Assembly: GCF_000485595.1 (NCBI RefSeq)
Contig: NW_014577083.1
Coordinates: 455,236-519,235 of the forward strand
Direction of reading: 5' to 3'
Origin: Priapulus caudatus
Taxonomy: Eukaryota
Length of the DNA: 64,000 nucleotides
The translations under genes and the position numbers were made by a program. Shown here piece after piece: positions 1 through 12,628 of this stretch (position 1 is the stretch's first letter; every line of letters begins with the position of its first letter). The notes beneath the pieces are model-generated. The model was given only the letters and a program-made list of their open reading frames with translations. It did not search any database and was not told the DNA's origin.

Positions 1-15
1 ATATATATATATATA

Positions 16-1433
16 TTCAGGATTTCTAATATTTCTAGTTTTCTAATTTTCTAATTTTTTTAATTTTAAATTTAAATTTAATAATTATAAATTTTCTATT
101 TCTATAATTTCTAGTTAGTCATAATCTGTTAATTATGTTACTCCTGATATGATGGTATTTTTTATCGAAATATAATACCTAACGTTGACCGTTTCTCGCA
201 CTTTGGCGGCAAGCCATCATATGGTGACTTAAATATTTGTCGAAGAAAGTATAGAAGCTGTTGGGATAGGCGGCCGTGAATAACAGTATAGTGTTATATG
301 ATATGATTACATTATCTCAGTAGTTTAATCGAAATTAAATCGTGGAGGTCAAGCTTAAATTGCGAGAGCAAATTATTTGAAAGCCTATATTTACGTAATA
401 TGCTGTATAAGTGTGGCATAGGTAGGCTCTATGTTCGTGCAATGGAAGCCATGGTGTGTTCGTGTGTGTTATTGACCGGAGCGTTTCAAGCGCCTATGTG
501 AATGCAAGTGGACGCCTGCGGCCATCAGTAAGACGCGCGTTTCCTTACAGTGAATGCCGGCGTATCTTGTGTCTTGGAATTAGCGGATTTCCCAATGAAA
601 CTGTTCCGTGCGCGCGGCCCGTACAATTGCGTTCGAGTAACGCTAGATGTCGCGATTAAAATTATTCGCTCACGCCCATCCGCGCTCTGCCGCAGCTGCA
701 GCTGTTTACTTCCTCCCCATCGCCGCTGCGGACGCAAATTTCGAAATAAAAAGTTTTACCGGTTTAATCTCGAGCGCGGAACCGAGCGCTGTCGAGCGTT
801 TATTGCTTTCGTCACGTTGACTTGAGCGGCAGATAAGCCGCCTCTCGCTTGTCTTAGCGTTGAATAGCGGCGACTGAAGCGTGGCGATTCCCTGCTAACG
901 CGCCCTCGCATGATGTCATAGGCTACCACGGTGCAGTGACGGGCAAAGTGGTCATAATTACTGCATTAAACTGCCAGCGCTTTGAAAAGCACATATTGTG
1001 TGTCGGCCAATGATTACGCGGACGATGGCACGTCGTTGTCACGGCAGTGTTATCATTGTGTCACAGTCAATTTCCTGTGCAACATGGCCAAAGTGGATCT
1101 CATTAACTTGCCGGAAAGTGATGCATTTTTGTCCATTATTCCTAATGGAGAAGCAGAGCACGGTAGTCTGTGCATCCTCGACGATGGCGGGACGAGCTGG
1201 TGTTTCACCCTCCCATAACCAACGCTCCTAGAAATGCCTCCAAGGAGGTGGAAGGATTGGGTGAAGGAGTTGTCGTTATATGTGTTTGTGTGCGTGCGTA
1301 CGTATTGGCGAGCGTACGTGCGTGCGCGTGCAAGCGAGCTGGCATGGGTGCATGTGTGCGGCGTGCGGGCGGGTGTTTTGCGCGAATGTATGTCCTGGCG
1401 AACATTATAAGTAATATGTTAGTGCGTACGTCT

Positions 1434-1490
<57 letters not shown>
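16..1490 (+). repeat. Duplicated segment C, copy 1 (cleaner copy)
   Basis: Runs from ttcaggatttctaatatttc to the (TC)n tract; recurs colinearly at about 4984-6530. Confidence 0.95.
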
Positions 1491-1492
<2 letters not shown>

Positions 1493-1535
1493 GTATGTAT
1501 GTATGTATGTATGTATATATATATATATATATTAT
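1432..1535. repeat. Compound microsatellite (TC)n-(TATG)n-(TA)n
   Basis: Directly visible. Confidence 0.95.
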
Positions 1536-1953
1536 ACATTCGAGTTCAATTTTGTAATATCTTATCATCGCACTAAAATTCTGCCACCAACTTTTGTGTT
1601 GGCTTTAGTTAACAATTTAACATACATAAATCATTAATGTGATGTCCAAGCAAAAGTATGAATCTCAGTGTACGTGGGGTATCTGACAAACCTCCCATCG
1701 CATGTCATTGTTTGTTTCTCATGCCGTGACATTCCGTTAAATTCGTTACGATTTCCAGTGTTGTTCGATTTTTTACCCAGCTTGCGAGAGCGATTACTCG
1801 TACACTGAATCAACTCATGAGAAATGATAGACGTCTTTACAGCCTCATTCTTACATGCAGCAATTCTCGCGAAGTAAACTCACTCTTGTGATATTTTCAT
1901 GCACGCGCTAATGGTTTGACCCTGGTAAAATGATACACACTGCCATATACAAC

Positions 1954-2042
1954 GCCTTGTTACACAAAATTTAACCTAATATTAATCATGTGTAAATTAT
2001 ATATAGGCTTACATTGTATGTATAAATTATGTGTAACAAGGC
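1954..2042. mobile_element. Miniature inverted-repeat element (89 bp), possibly a PIF/Harbinger-type MITE remnant
   Basis: Left arm gccttgttacacaaaattta (1954-1973); right arm taaattatgtgtaacaaggc (2023-2042) has reverse complement gccttgttacacataattta, 19/20 match. No clear target-site duplication. Confidence 0.5.
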
Positions 2043-2786
2043 CTCTGATTATGTAAAAGGGCAATAATTTTACGGCGGTTAAAATATGTTTACCGCGGTA
2101 AAAATAACTATTTTTGAGTACGATGGCCAACCATACGCGCTTGCGTCACGTTGAGTAGTTAACATCAACATGCCTGAGAAGCTCTACTTGGATAAATCCT
2201 ATTGTGTAGTCAGTCATTGTAGACTCAAGAGGACGTTGTTACATGAGGCGCACATGCGCACGTACGCTTGTGGGGCGGGCGTTCGCGGACGGTCTAGCAA
2301 CTATCGTGAAAGATTAATGCGCCGTGCCGGGAATGGGATTGGTTCAGCGTCCACCGTCTACTCTCTTCCGATCAAATTTCAGCTGAATGGTACTGCAGTT
2401 AGTTGCTAATGCATCTGTCACATCAAAATTCAAAATGGGTAGGCACCGACATCTATCGGCGTTTCTGCACACTAGATCAGAGTTTATGCGGCTGCTCACT
2501 TGACTTGGTCACTGTACGGTGCTGCCCCCAGCGTTGAGTTTCGGCTTCATATTAGCAGCACAAGACGTTAGTGCACTTCTATTTTTGCTGGGCTTGCTAA
2601 TACATACAGCACAATGTACAAGTCAGTTTTAATGAAGAACATTTATATACCTTACCCTAAGATAAACCACGTATGGAATTGCAGCGAGATTCTCTAACCA
2701 AATACAGTTTTGCACGATATTTTATCTCGCAAATAATATTATATATATATATATATATATCCATCCATCTATCTATCTATCTTTCT

Positions 2787-3397
2787 NNNNNNNNNNNNNN
2801 NNNNNNNNNNNNNNNNNNNNNNNNNNNNNNNNNNNNNNNNNNNNNNNNNNNNNNNNNNNNNNNNNNNNNNNNNNNNNNNNNNNNNNNNNNNNNNNNNNNN
2901 NNNNNNNNNNNNNNNNNNNNNNNNNNNNNNNNNNNNNNNNNNNNNNNNNNNNNNNNNNNNNNNNNNNNNNNNNNNNNNNNNNNNNNNNNNNNNNNNNNNN
3001 NNNNNNNNNNNNNNNNNNNNNNNNNNNNNNNNNNNNNNNNNNNNNNNNNNNNNNNNNNNNNNNNNNNNNNNNNNNNNNNNNNNNNNNNNNNNNNNNNNNN
3101 NNNNNNNNNNNNNNNNNNNNNNNNNNNNNNNNNNNNNNNNNNNNNNNNNNNNNNNNNNNNNNNNNNNNNNNNNNNNNNNNNNNNNNNNNNNNNNNNNNNN
3201 NNNNNNNNNNNNNNNNNNNNNNNNNNNNNNNNNNNNNNNNNNNNNNNNNNNNNNNNNNNNNNNNNNNNNNNNNNNNNNNNNNNNNNNNNNNNNNNNNNNN
3301 NNNNNNNNNNNNNNNNNNNNNNNNNNNNNNNNNNNNNNNNNNNNNNNNNNNNNNNNNNNNNNNNNNNNNNNNNNNNNNNNNNNNNNNNNNNNNNNNN
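2787..3397. other. Assembly gap (N-run)
   Basis: 611 Ns flanked by TA/CTAT simple repeats. Confidence 1.
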
Positions 3398-4745
3398 TAC
3401 ATATAGATATATATCTGCAAAGCGTACGACGAACGAGCAATGGTAATGGCGATTAGTAGGAAATGGGGGATCGAGAGAGGCACGGTCTGCTGCAGGAAAC
3501 ACAGAAATCTTCTCTAATTAAAGTTCATGCTTTATCCGCCGGGGCCCCAACGATTTCAATGTGTTTCCTCTATCTAATTAATCCTCGGCGATATAATGAT
3601 AGGAAGTTCTAATTATCCTGTGCTGGATTTGGACTAGTGACCAGGCAAGAGGGGCCAGCCTCATTCAGAGGCTGTGGCCATGACAAAGTGCTGCAATTTT
3701 CCCCAGTGATGGACTTTATCAATGCCGGGACAGGTGGGAAGGGAGGGGTAGGTATTGGTGATGGTGGAGGGTGGATGGACGAAAATGGAGAGAGGGTGGG
3801 CAAGCTGGGAGAGCACATTTCGAGTGAGAAATTTACGGCCTGCGCTGTTTTAGTTCATTAGGGTGTACTGAGTCGTTACGGCCTTTCACGGTGTAGACAA
3901 TTTGCTGCCTAACCTTTGTTGGGCTAGCTTCCTGTGTTGCTTGTGCAATATCAGTTGCAATGTTTTTGTATCAGGCTTTACTTTGGCTATCATTTTAATT
4001 ACTAATGACCGCCAGGAAACGCATTCGTAGAAAAAATGGAATGTTTTCACAATTTTGGGTTGTGCAAAATAAAAATAAATATATGCAGTAGCGTAGGTAT
4101 TGACATTTGTGCACGCACGCACGCACGCAAATGTATATATATAATAACTATATATGATTATTTTATCGTGCATTAATATATATTAAAATTTGAAAGTTTT
4201 CAGGGTCACTGTAATTGCAATCTTTATATTTTTCATTAAGTAGACGTCGACGGTTGTAGCGGTCGTGTATTAAAGTAACGAAATGCCAACGAAATGCCTT
4301 AGCAGCTACCGTTTGCGTACAATAATACCTACAATTATCCATTCCGCAGCACTGCTGGCTCAAGCAACGTGGATGCTTTGATTATAAATGCTTGCTATAG
4401 CTTTCGCTCGCTAATACAGGATCCGGAATCGGTGAGTCCATTTTCTTCGCACTGGTCGAATTGTCGTGTATTTATGCATGCGGATGCCTCTATTACTGCG
4501 TTTAGACTCGGTACGGTGTTCTCAACTACTTCCTTCATTTTACGTAAGATGCAACATGCAATTCAATTTGATTTCTCATATGGTTATGTTTTTAACTATA
4601 GAGACTTTGTTTTTAGATCACTTCTGGCTAGAGTAAATATCATATATGATATATATATATAGATATATATATATTATATATATATATATATAATATATAA
4701 TATATATATATATATAAGTAAAGTCACACACGAAGCACCTGTTAG

Positions 4746-4921
4746 ATAAACAAAGATCAAGGATATAGACATAAGGGGTGTTTAAAGTTTAATTGACAAG
4801 CTTTCGGAGATTCACATGATCTACATTCCAATGCTCGTGCTGACCTGATGAGAGATGATATAATCGAAGTTGTCAAATTCTAAGCTTTTAAACACCCTTA
4901 TTTCTATACCTTGACTTTGTT

Positions 4922-4925
<4 letters not shown>
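4746..4925. mobile_element. Inverted pair of Penelope-like (pLTR-type) repeats within a (TA)n tract
   Basis: 4746-4806 (aaacaaagatcaaggatatagacataaggggtgtttaaagtttaattgacaagctttcg) is an imperfect reverse complement of 4865-4925 (cgaagttgtcaaattctaagcttttaaacacccttatttctataccttgactttgtttt). A hammerhead core lies at the inner ends, with (TA)n on both sides. Confidence 0.6.
4841..4875 (+). ncRNA. Minimal type I hammerhead ribozyme-like motif (degenerate or error-containing)
   Basis: tgac-CTGATGA-gagatgatataatc-GAAgtt-gtca: stem I tgac/gtca, intact CUGAUGA core, weak stem II. The opposite-strand copy (about 4793-4830) supplies an intact cGAAAGCTTgtca end but has a damaged CUGAUGA. Confidence 0.5.
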
Positions 4926-4959
<34 letters not shown>

Positions 4960-4983
4960 TATATAATATATATATATTTTATA

Positions 4984-6477
4984 TTTCAGGATTTCTAATA
5001 TTTCTAGTTTTCTAATTTTTCTAATTTTTTTAATTTTAAATTATAAATTTTTCTTAATGAATTATAAATTTTCCTATTTCTTATAATTTCTAGTTAGTCA
5101 TAATCTGTTACTTATGCTTACTCCTGATATGATGGTATTTTGTTATCGAATATAATACCTAACGATTGACCGTTTTCGCACTCTTGGGCGCAAGCCGATC
5201 ATAATGCCGGTGACTTAAATATTTGTCGAAGAAGTATAGAAGCTGGTGCGTATAGGCGGCCGTGAAATAATCATGTTAGTGTTATATGATATTGATTAAT
5301 TAATCTCAGTGTTTAATCGAAATTAAATCGTGGAGGGTCAAGCTTAAATGCGGAGAGCCAAATTATTTGAAAGCCTATATTTTACGTTAATATCGCTGTA
5401 TAAGTGTGGCATTAGGTAGGCCATCTATGTTCGTGCAATGGAATGCCATGGGTGTGTTCGATGTGTGTTTATTGACCGGCAGCGTTTCCAGCGCCTATGT
5501 GAATGCCAAGCTGGACGCCTGCGGCATCAGTAAGACGCGCCGTTTCCTTACAGTGAATGCCGGCTTATCATTGTGCTTGGAATTAGGGATTTCCAATGTG
5601 AACTGTTCCGTGCGGCGCGGTCGTACAATTTGCGTTCGAGAGTAAACGCTAGATGTCGCCGTTAAAATTATTCGCTTCGACGCCCAATCGCGCTCTGCCG
5701 CGCTGCCAGCTGTTTACTTCCTCCCCATCGCCGCTGCGCGACCGCAAATTCGAAAATAAAAAGTTTACGGTTTAATCTCGAGCGCGGAAGCGAGCGCGTT
5801 GTTCGAGCGTTTATTGCTTTCGTAGTTGACTTGAGCGGCAGATAAGCCGCCTCTCGGTTTGTTTAGCGTTGAATAGGCGGCGACTGAAGCGTGGCGAATC
5901 CTGCTAACCAGCCTCGCATGAGTGTCATAGGTACCACGGCTGCAGCTGACGGGCAAATGTGGTCATGAATTTCTGCATTAAACTGCCAGCGCTTTTTGAA
6001 AGGGGGGAAAAGCACATTATTGTGTTCGGCCAATGATTAACGCGGACGATGGCACGTCGTTGTCACTGGCAGTTGTTATTCATTGTGTCAGTCATTCCGG
6101 TGCAACATGGCAAAGTGGATCTCAATAACTTGCCGCGAAAGTGATGCATTTTTGTCCATTATGTCTAATGGAGAGCAGAGCCACGGTAGTCTGTGCATCC
6201 TCGACGATGGCGGGACGAGCTTGGTGTTTCACCCTCCCATAACCACGTCCTAGAAAATGCCTCCAAGGAGGTGGTGAAGATTGGAGTGAAGGAGTTGATC
6301 GTATATTATGTGTTTGTTGTGCTGCGTACTATTGGGCGAGCGTACGTGCGTGCGCGTGCAAGCGAAGGCTGGCATGGGGTGCCATGTGCTGCGGCGTGCG
6401 GGCGGCACGTGTTTTTGCGCAGAATGTATGTCCTGGCGAACATTATCTAAGTAATATGTTAGTGCGGTACGTCTATC

Positions 6478-6530
<53 letters not shown>
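4984..6530 (+). repeat. Duplicated segment C, copy 2 (indel-rich)
   Basis: Same sequence as 16-1490 with many single-base insertions and deletions. Confidence 0.95.
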
Positions 6531-6536
<6 letters not shown>

Positions 6537-8363
6537 ACTCTCTCTCTCTTTCTCTCTGCGTGCGTGGGTGCGTTTGCATGTGCGTGTGTGTGGCCGTGGG
6601 CACAGTAAGAGAGCGTGTGCGTATGATCGTACGTGTGTGACTGAAAATGGAAGCAGAATGCTCTATTAATGAAATTGTTCTCCTCGTACGATATTAGCGT
6701 CTACTGCTTAAGATTTGTATTCATCTACTAGTCAAGAGTGCCCAAAATACTTCAAATAAATGAACACAATATATCATTAATACTATTAATGCAATACTAT
6801 ACTATCATTGATCTTATACTAGATCTAAATTCTTCCTGTAATGTAAGTATTATCGCATGTTCTCTCTCCGTATATGCCCAGGAAGAGAGAGGGAGAGGGG
6901 AGATGGGGAGAAAGAGAACGAAAATGTTAGAGAGGTGCTACCCTATAGTTTGAACCTGATTTGCCAAGGAGCGAAAAACGCAATTGCTCCTGGTTATTTT
7001 TTCTGAGGATATTGATCATTAATTATCCTAATCATGTGCTAGGTTACGTAAAAATTCTGAGGCGAATTTGCACGCATTCTGGACATGAATGCTGCTGCGT
7101 TTCTGCCGCATTCCGCCTAGCGTAAATAAAATGTACCCTTGCTGAGAAGGAACAATGTGAGCTTGCTAATTTGGAAGTCGAAAAGTGGCAAATTGTTTGG
7201 CTGAGAAAATTCAGGCAGTGTTAGTAACACTTGGCTGGCTATTAGTTTTGCCCGTACCAATAGGGAAGCATGCGGCAAAAAAATTGCCGAAAAAGCATTC
7301 ACGCTTGGTATAATATAATAAGTAGTGGTGAAAATTTTAATCAATATTTCAAGTGCTAATTGGAAAGAAAGCACCTGCGTATTAACACAGAATCAATAAA
7401 CCTTCGAAATAGAGTTTCTTGTCGGGGCTTTGTTGGTTTCAGTTCACGTTTTCAATACATCGTTACACCTGCGAAAGGTTTTGCCTTTTAGCTGCAGAGC
7501 AAGCTGAATAGCTCGGGTAATTTGCGAAAACCAATAGACCACTAAGCATTAGCACGTCCCATAATGGATTTCACAGTTTTAGCTTTAGTTTCAGTAATCA
7601 TAATCCGTTAACTACATAGAATCCATCTTTTTCTCCGAAATCCGAATCGCTACGTGTGAAAGATTGCAGTAACTCACACCGCGCTTAAGCAATTAGCTGG
7701 AGGAAAACCATGTCTAGTATAACGGGAAATGAAAAGCTCAATTGCAATAAAAAAAACACAAGAAAAATTGGTAGAAATATGTCGTACTAAACGTAACTAA
7801 CTATCTAGACGATCTTGAAGCGAAGCCTTTAGTTAAAAAAAAAAAAGTTTGTTAATTGAACGCTTGCTTATATGGCCTTGCGTACACGCATATGTGTGCA
7901 CGGTCTGCATGTTTTGCAATTTTAGCGGTTAAAATGGATTTTTACCATTCGATATAAATTATGTTATTATTTAGTTTTTCTGTGCTTGGGGCCCGAGGTT
8001 AATCACGTCAGCAGTTGTATGCAGCAGCATTTAACACGAGGGGATTAATAACAGGTTAACACGCAATTCATGTCCTGAAACTATCGCCTTTATACCTATT
8101 TCATGGGCAGCAGCTGATGATAGACGTCTGAAGACAGTTCAGTATGGTGTCCTCTGCTGAGCTATATAAAAGATGGACAAAAGTTTGGTTTCCATGGCAA
8201 CGCATCCCATTGTGGGAAATGCGTCTGTCAGTTCCATGTATCCAATCTTTCGAATATTTAAGTGTATTGCATAAAGTCCACATAATTAGGAAATTTAAGG
8301 AAATGCAGCTTCCATTTTGGTTAACATCACTGTCAATCCGCAGGACTTTGCGAAATCGTGCGT

Positions 8364-9684
8364 GCTTCACTCCGGACTTTGCCACTGATGAAACATGTGT
8401 GGTTTTTAAAAGCCGCCATAAAGTGCTTCCGAGCAATTTTTGTAATTCATAAAGTTTATTTAAAAAAAACTTTAATTTTGCTTTCTTAGGCGGCCGAGTA
8501 TTAAACGAGAGTAATGCCAGTCGTTGCATCTAATCTCTGAACTCTCGGCTGGTGACCATCGAGTCCTGACCGTCTAGGCTGTTCATGGCTTTAGTCCTCT
8601 GACTTTTAACTTTCATAAGTTTAGTTCTGACTTCTAGCTTTCATGCCCTTTAGTCTCTGACCTCTAGCATGACATGCTTTACGTGCTGTGACCTCTAGCT
8701 TTCATGCTTTAAGTGTCCTGACTTTCTAAGTTTTTATGGCTTTAGTGCTCTGACTTCTAACTTCATCTTAGTCTCTCACGCTACTAGCTGTCATGCTATT
8801 AGTCTGTGACCTCTAGCTGTCATGGCTTTCAGTGTCCTCTCATCTCTAGGCTTCATTGGCTTTAGTGTCCTGACTCTAAGTTTTTCATGCTTTAAGTCTA
8901 CTGCAGTTCTAACTATTCATGCTTAGTCTCGTCAGCTGCTAGCTTTCATGCTTTCAGTCTCTGCCACGTCTAACTTCATGCTTTAGTCTCCTGACATTCT
9001 AGGCTATCATGCTTTAGTCTCTGACCTCTAGCTTTCATGCTTTATCGTCTCATCTTAGCTTTCATGCTTTAGTCTCCTGACTTCTAGCTTTCATGCTTAG
9101 TCCTCTCACCATCTCAGGCTTTCATAGCTTTAGTCCTGACCTCTACTGGCATGCTTTAATAGTCTCTGACGCTCGTAGCTGTCCATCCATTAGTCTCTGA
9201 CCCTCCTAACGTGTCATCCTTTTAGTCTCTGACTCTAGCCTTCATGCTTTTAGTCGTTGTGACCGTCTAGCTGTCATGCTTTAGTCTCTGACGCTCGTAT
9301 GCTGTCATGCTTTAGTCTCTGACCTCTAACTGTCATTCTTAGTCTCTGACGCTTAAACGTGTCCATCCTTTAGTAAGTGTCCTGACTCTAAGCTTTCGAT
9401 GCTTTACTTCGCTCATTCACCCCTCTATCTGTCACGGCTTTAGTCTCTGACTGCAGCTGTCACCATTTAGGTCTCTGACCTCTAGGCTTTCATGCTTTAG
9501 TATACTGACGCTTTAGCTCTGCATGCTTAGTCCTCGGCTCTAGGCTGCATCTTTAGGTCTCTGACCTCTTAGCTGTCCTGGTTTTATTCTTCACGCTCTA
9601 TCTGTCATCCTTTCTCAGGAGTCCACTTAGCTGCGTGTTCGCTAGTCTCTGACCTGGTCTGGCCGGAAGCCTCTGGTCTTTCAT
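8364..9684 (+). repeat. Duplicated segment A, copy 1 (noisy), including a degraded 28-bp minisatellite at about 8535-9660
   Basis: Runs from gcttcactccggactttgcc to gaagcctctggtctttcat; matches 21836-23069. Confidence 0.95.
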
Positions 9685-10066
9685 CTCGAGTTTGGTGGCC
9701 CTCTAGTCTGCTGACCTCTAGTCGGTGGTTCCTTGAAGGGTTATTTTTTTAGCATTTAGATGTGTGACCTGCTGTGTGTTATCTATAAGCTAGTAACTTG
9801 TAACCGTGACACTGCTAGCTTGTTGATTCTAGTCTATAACCAGTTTATTTTGCGACGCGCTAGTACTGTGACTTCTAGCCCCTAGCCGAAAAAGATATGT
9901 ATATTATATATATATATTATATATATATAATGTGGTGTGTGTGTGTGTTATGTGTGTGGTTGTAGGGGGAGAATATGTATAGTATATATATGATTCTATC
10001 TATATATATATATATATACTATATTAACGATTTCCGCATTTATCATGGACCTTAGCGAGTGTATGT

Positions 10067-10954
10067 AATTTCGTAATCGTTCTCTGATCACGTGTCCACA
10101 GGCGCAGATGGCTTCTCATAGAAGGATGCTACACAGCACATGACTGCATCGCATACTAGGCGTACGCGATTAGTGCGCCAAGACCCCGCGCCTTATTCAA
10201 ACGTTAGGCATAATGCTGACTTGTCTCACCAGAATATAAACGAACGAGTTTTCCTATGCTCCTAGACGGTTTTCTGCGGACGACATAGTATAAAATATAC
10301 CCGCAGCAGCAGTAAGTAAGGGTGTAAAAAACGCCCACCGTATACAAACATGATTTAGCGCTATACACGCCTGTGCCAGTGGCGTCTAATTGCATTGAGC
10401 GTTTCATATAATAATTCAAAAGAGTTCCCGGCGACTGTGTCTCCTATGTAAGAGTGTAAAATACCACAGTTACATTTACAGCACACGGATGGGTGGCCCT
10501 ATCAGCTACAAGGGTCAAGTTCATACTAGCTTAATTGTAATAATGGAAGAAGGTGGTCACTTTTGTTTGGTGGAATTGTTGCTGCAGCGATTATTGTCGA
10601 GACTTGGTGTTATTGCTTCAAGATTACCTGCGATTGTGTGAAATGCGAGGACCGTAAGTGGTCTAGGCGGATTTCGTGTTGTCGCGCGTATATACACGTG
10701 AGTCAGCCTCCGGTCTGAGGTCAGCCGGTTCTCTACCATGGCCGCCATGGCCGCTTAAGGCTTCACTGTGAGAGTCGTGCGCTATTATCATTGGCAGGGT
10801 AGCGGGAGCCTAAGCTGCTCGCTGGCTATTCAGTCATCACAGGGTAGAGAGAGAGAGAGAGAGAAGGAGAGAGAGAGAGTCTAGCGAGCATTAGCGCATC
10901 CGCAGGGAGAAGGCTGTGAGGGTGCCCAGCGCGTACAGTTTGCATCGCAGGTAC

Positions 10955-10987
<33 letters not shown>

Positions 10988-12385
10988 CGAGAAGAAAAGA
11001 GCGAGCGAGAGAGCGAGAGAGAGACATACCTCCCAGCGACGCCCGCCGCTTGCGTGCTTTTTTGTCGCGTCAGCAAGACAGTTCCCAACCAGGTTCAGAT
11101 CCGTGCGGCAGTGGCCTGCAACTAATTTACTGGCGTCGGACCGACCCGGGAGTGGTTTAAGTGGCAGATTATGAGTGGCCGGCTTGGCACGGCAGCACAC
11201 TAAGCGCACGCGAGGCGGCAGTCTAGCAGTGGGAGAGCTGCCTCGGTCATTATCAATAATGTCTGGCTGCTTCACGAGTAAAGAAGGCGCGCCAGGTGAA
11301 TCGAGCATTCATTCCGCGTGTGGCGCCGACTGCCCGGACGTGGGTAGATGGGGCGATGCTAGATTGGACTGTGCGAGAAAATGCGCGACGTGCCTTCTAA
11401 TGCCAAGCATTGTCGAAGCTGTCAGGTTCGCAACCTCAAACTTACTTTCCGCCTTATCAATGCGCAACACACAACTGGGTACGAAGTCTGTTGTCGCGAT
11501 AAATTAGACTCAACGGCGGAAATATTAGTTCGGAATATCCAGCAGTGAAACAACAATTTCCAGCTATTGTGTCATCCAGATAGCAACCCATTTCCCTCTC
11601 TCCGTCTAAAGTGTTTGCAGGCTCGAAAAGAAATTCTTTCGCCTCTAGCGATCACCACACTGTCTACTATTTCATACGCGCGAATGCTATTAAACTGCTG
11701 CGAATAGTGTCAGCTCGAAATACGCATTTACCATTTAAAATTTTCGTGTCTGATCGATCGGAGCGGGGAGGGGGAAGCGTGCCGAAAGGCGGGAATAGCC
11801 GAATGCTCCCGCGAGAGGCAATTCACGCGCTCTGCCGAGACGTGTCCATCGAGCCCTGTCGGCTTCGTGTCGAAGGTTTCTCTCCAGGCGACGCGAGCCT
11901 TAAAGAGCGCCTGCGTCTGGCGGATCCGGCGCGCAGGCAGTTAGGTCGCTCGAGGACCTGGCCAATGCAGCTGAACCACGGCCAGCTTCACCGCTACAGC
12001 CGTAATCTTGATCCGTAGTCAATCTCAGTGTTTGTCGTCAGTACTTCGATGATGAATGTTTTTCACAATTGTAGCCGTTGGCGAGATGGTGCTCTACGGC
12101 GTCTCCTCTGTGTGTTTTTGCGTGAATGATGTAATTAACGCCGTAACTAATTGATCTTTACGTCTGTATTCGCCCATTCACGTGCGGCCGATGGTGGGCA
12201 TTGTGCGGCTATATGCTAGGCTATTGAAGACGGAAATATTTTTAAACATCTAGTTATAGTTCTATTATCAGCTGCTATAATTACAATCTATATGTCTAGA
12301 ATTTTCTGTTGACGTTATTTTCCATAAGCGAGAGCCAGGTTTGCGTACATGTGTAGGCCCTATACGTTTTTGGGCATAATATATA
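10067..12385 (+). repeat. Duplicated segment B, copy 1 (insertion-biased)
   Basis: Runs from aatttcgtaatcgttctctg to ccctatacgtttttgggcataata; matches 19759-21834; contains two (GA)n tracts. Confidence 0.95.
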
Positions 12386-12425
12386 TATATTATATATATA
12401 TATTATATACCATATATATATAGCG

Positions 12426-12476
12426 CAGAAGTAGATAATAGGGAACTATTATCCACTTCCCTATTATCTGCTTCTG
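12426..12476. repeat. 51-bp hairpin (20-bp arms) inside a (TA)n tract
   Basis: cagaagtagataatagggaa ... ttccctattatctgcttctg, 19/20 complementary with an 11-nt loop. Confidence 0.85.
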
Positions 12477-12594
12477 AGATATATATATATATATCCATAT
12501 ATATATATTATATAATAAACACTTAAACACATGCACACTCGCGCGCGCGCACATGTATTACACACACACGCGCGCGCGCACGCACGCGCGCACG

Positions 12595-12628
<34 letters not shown>

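Noticed and set aside
2673..3502. ORFs of 223-257 aa
   Set aside because: They are open only because they span the N gap.
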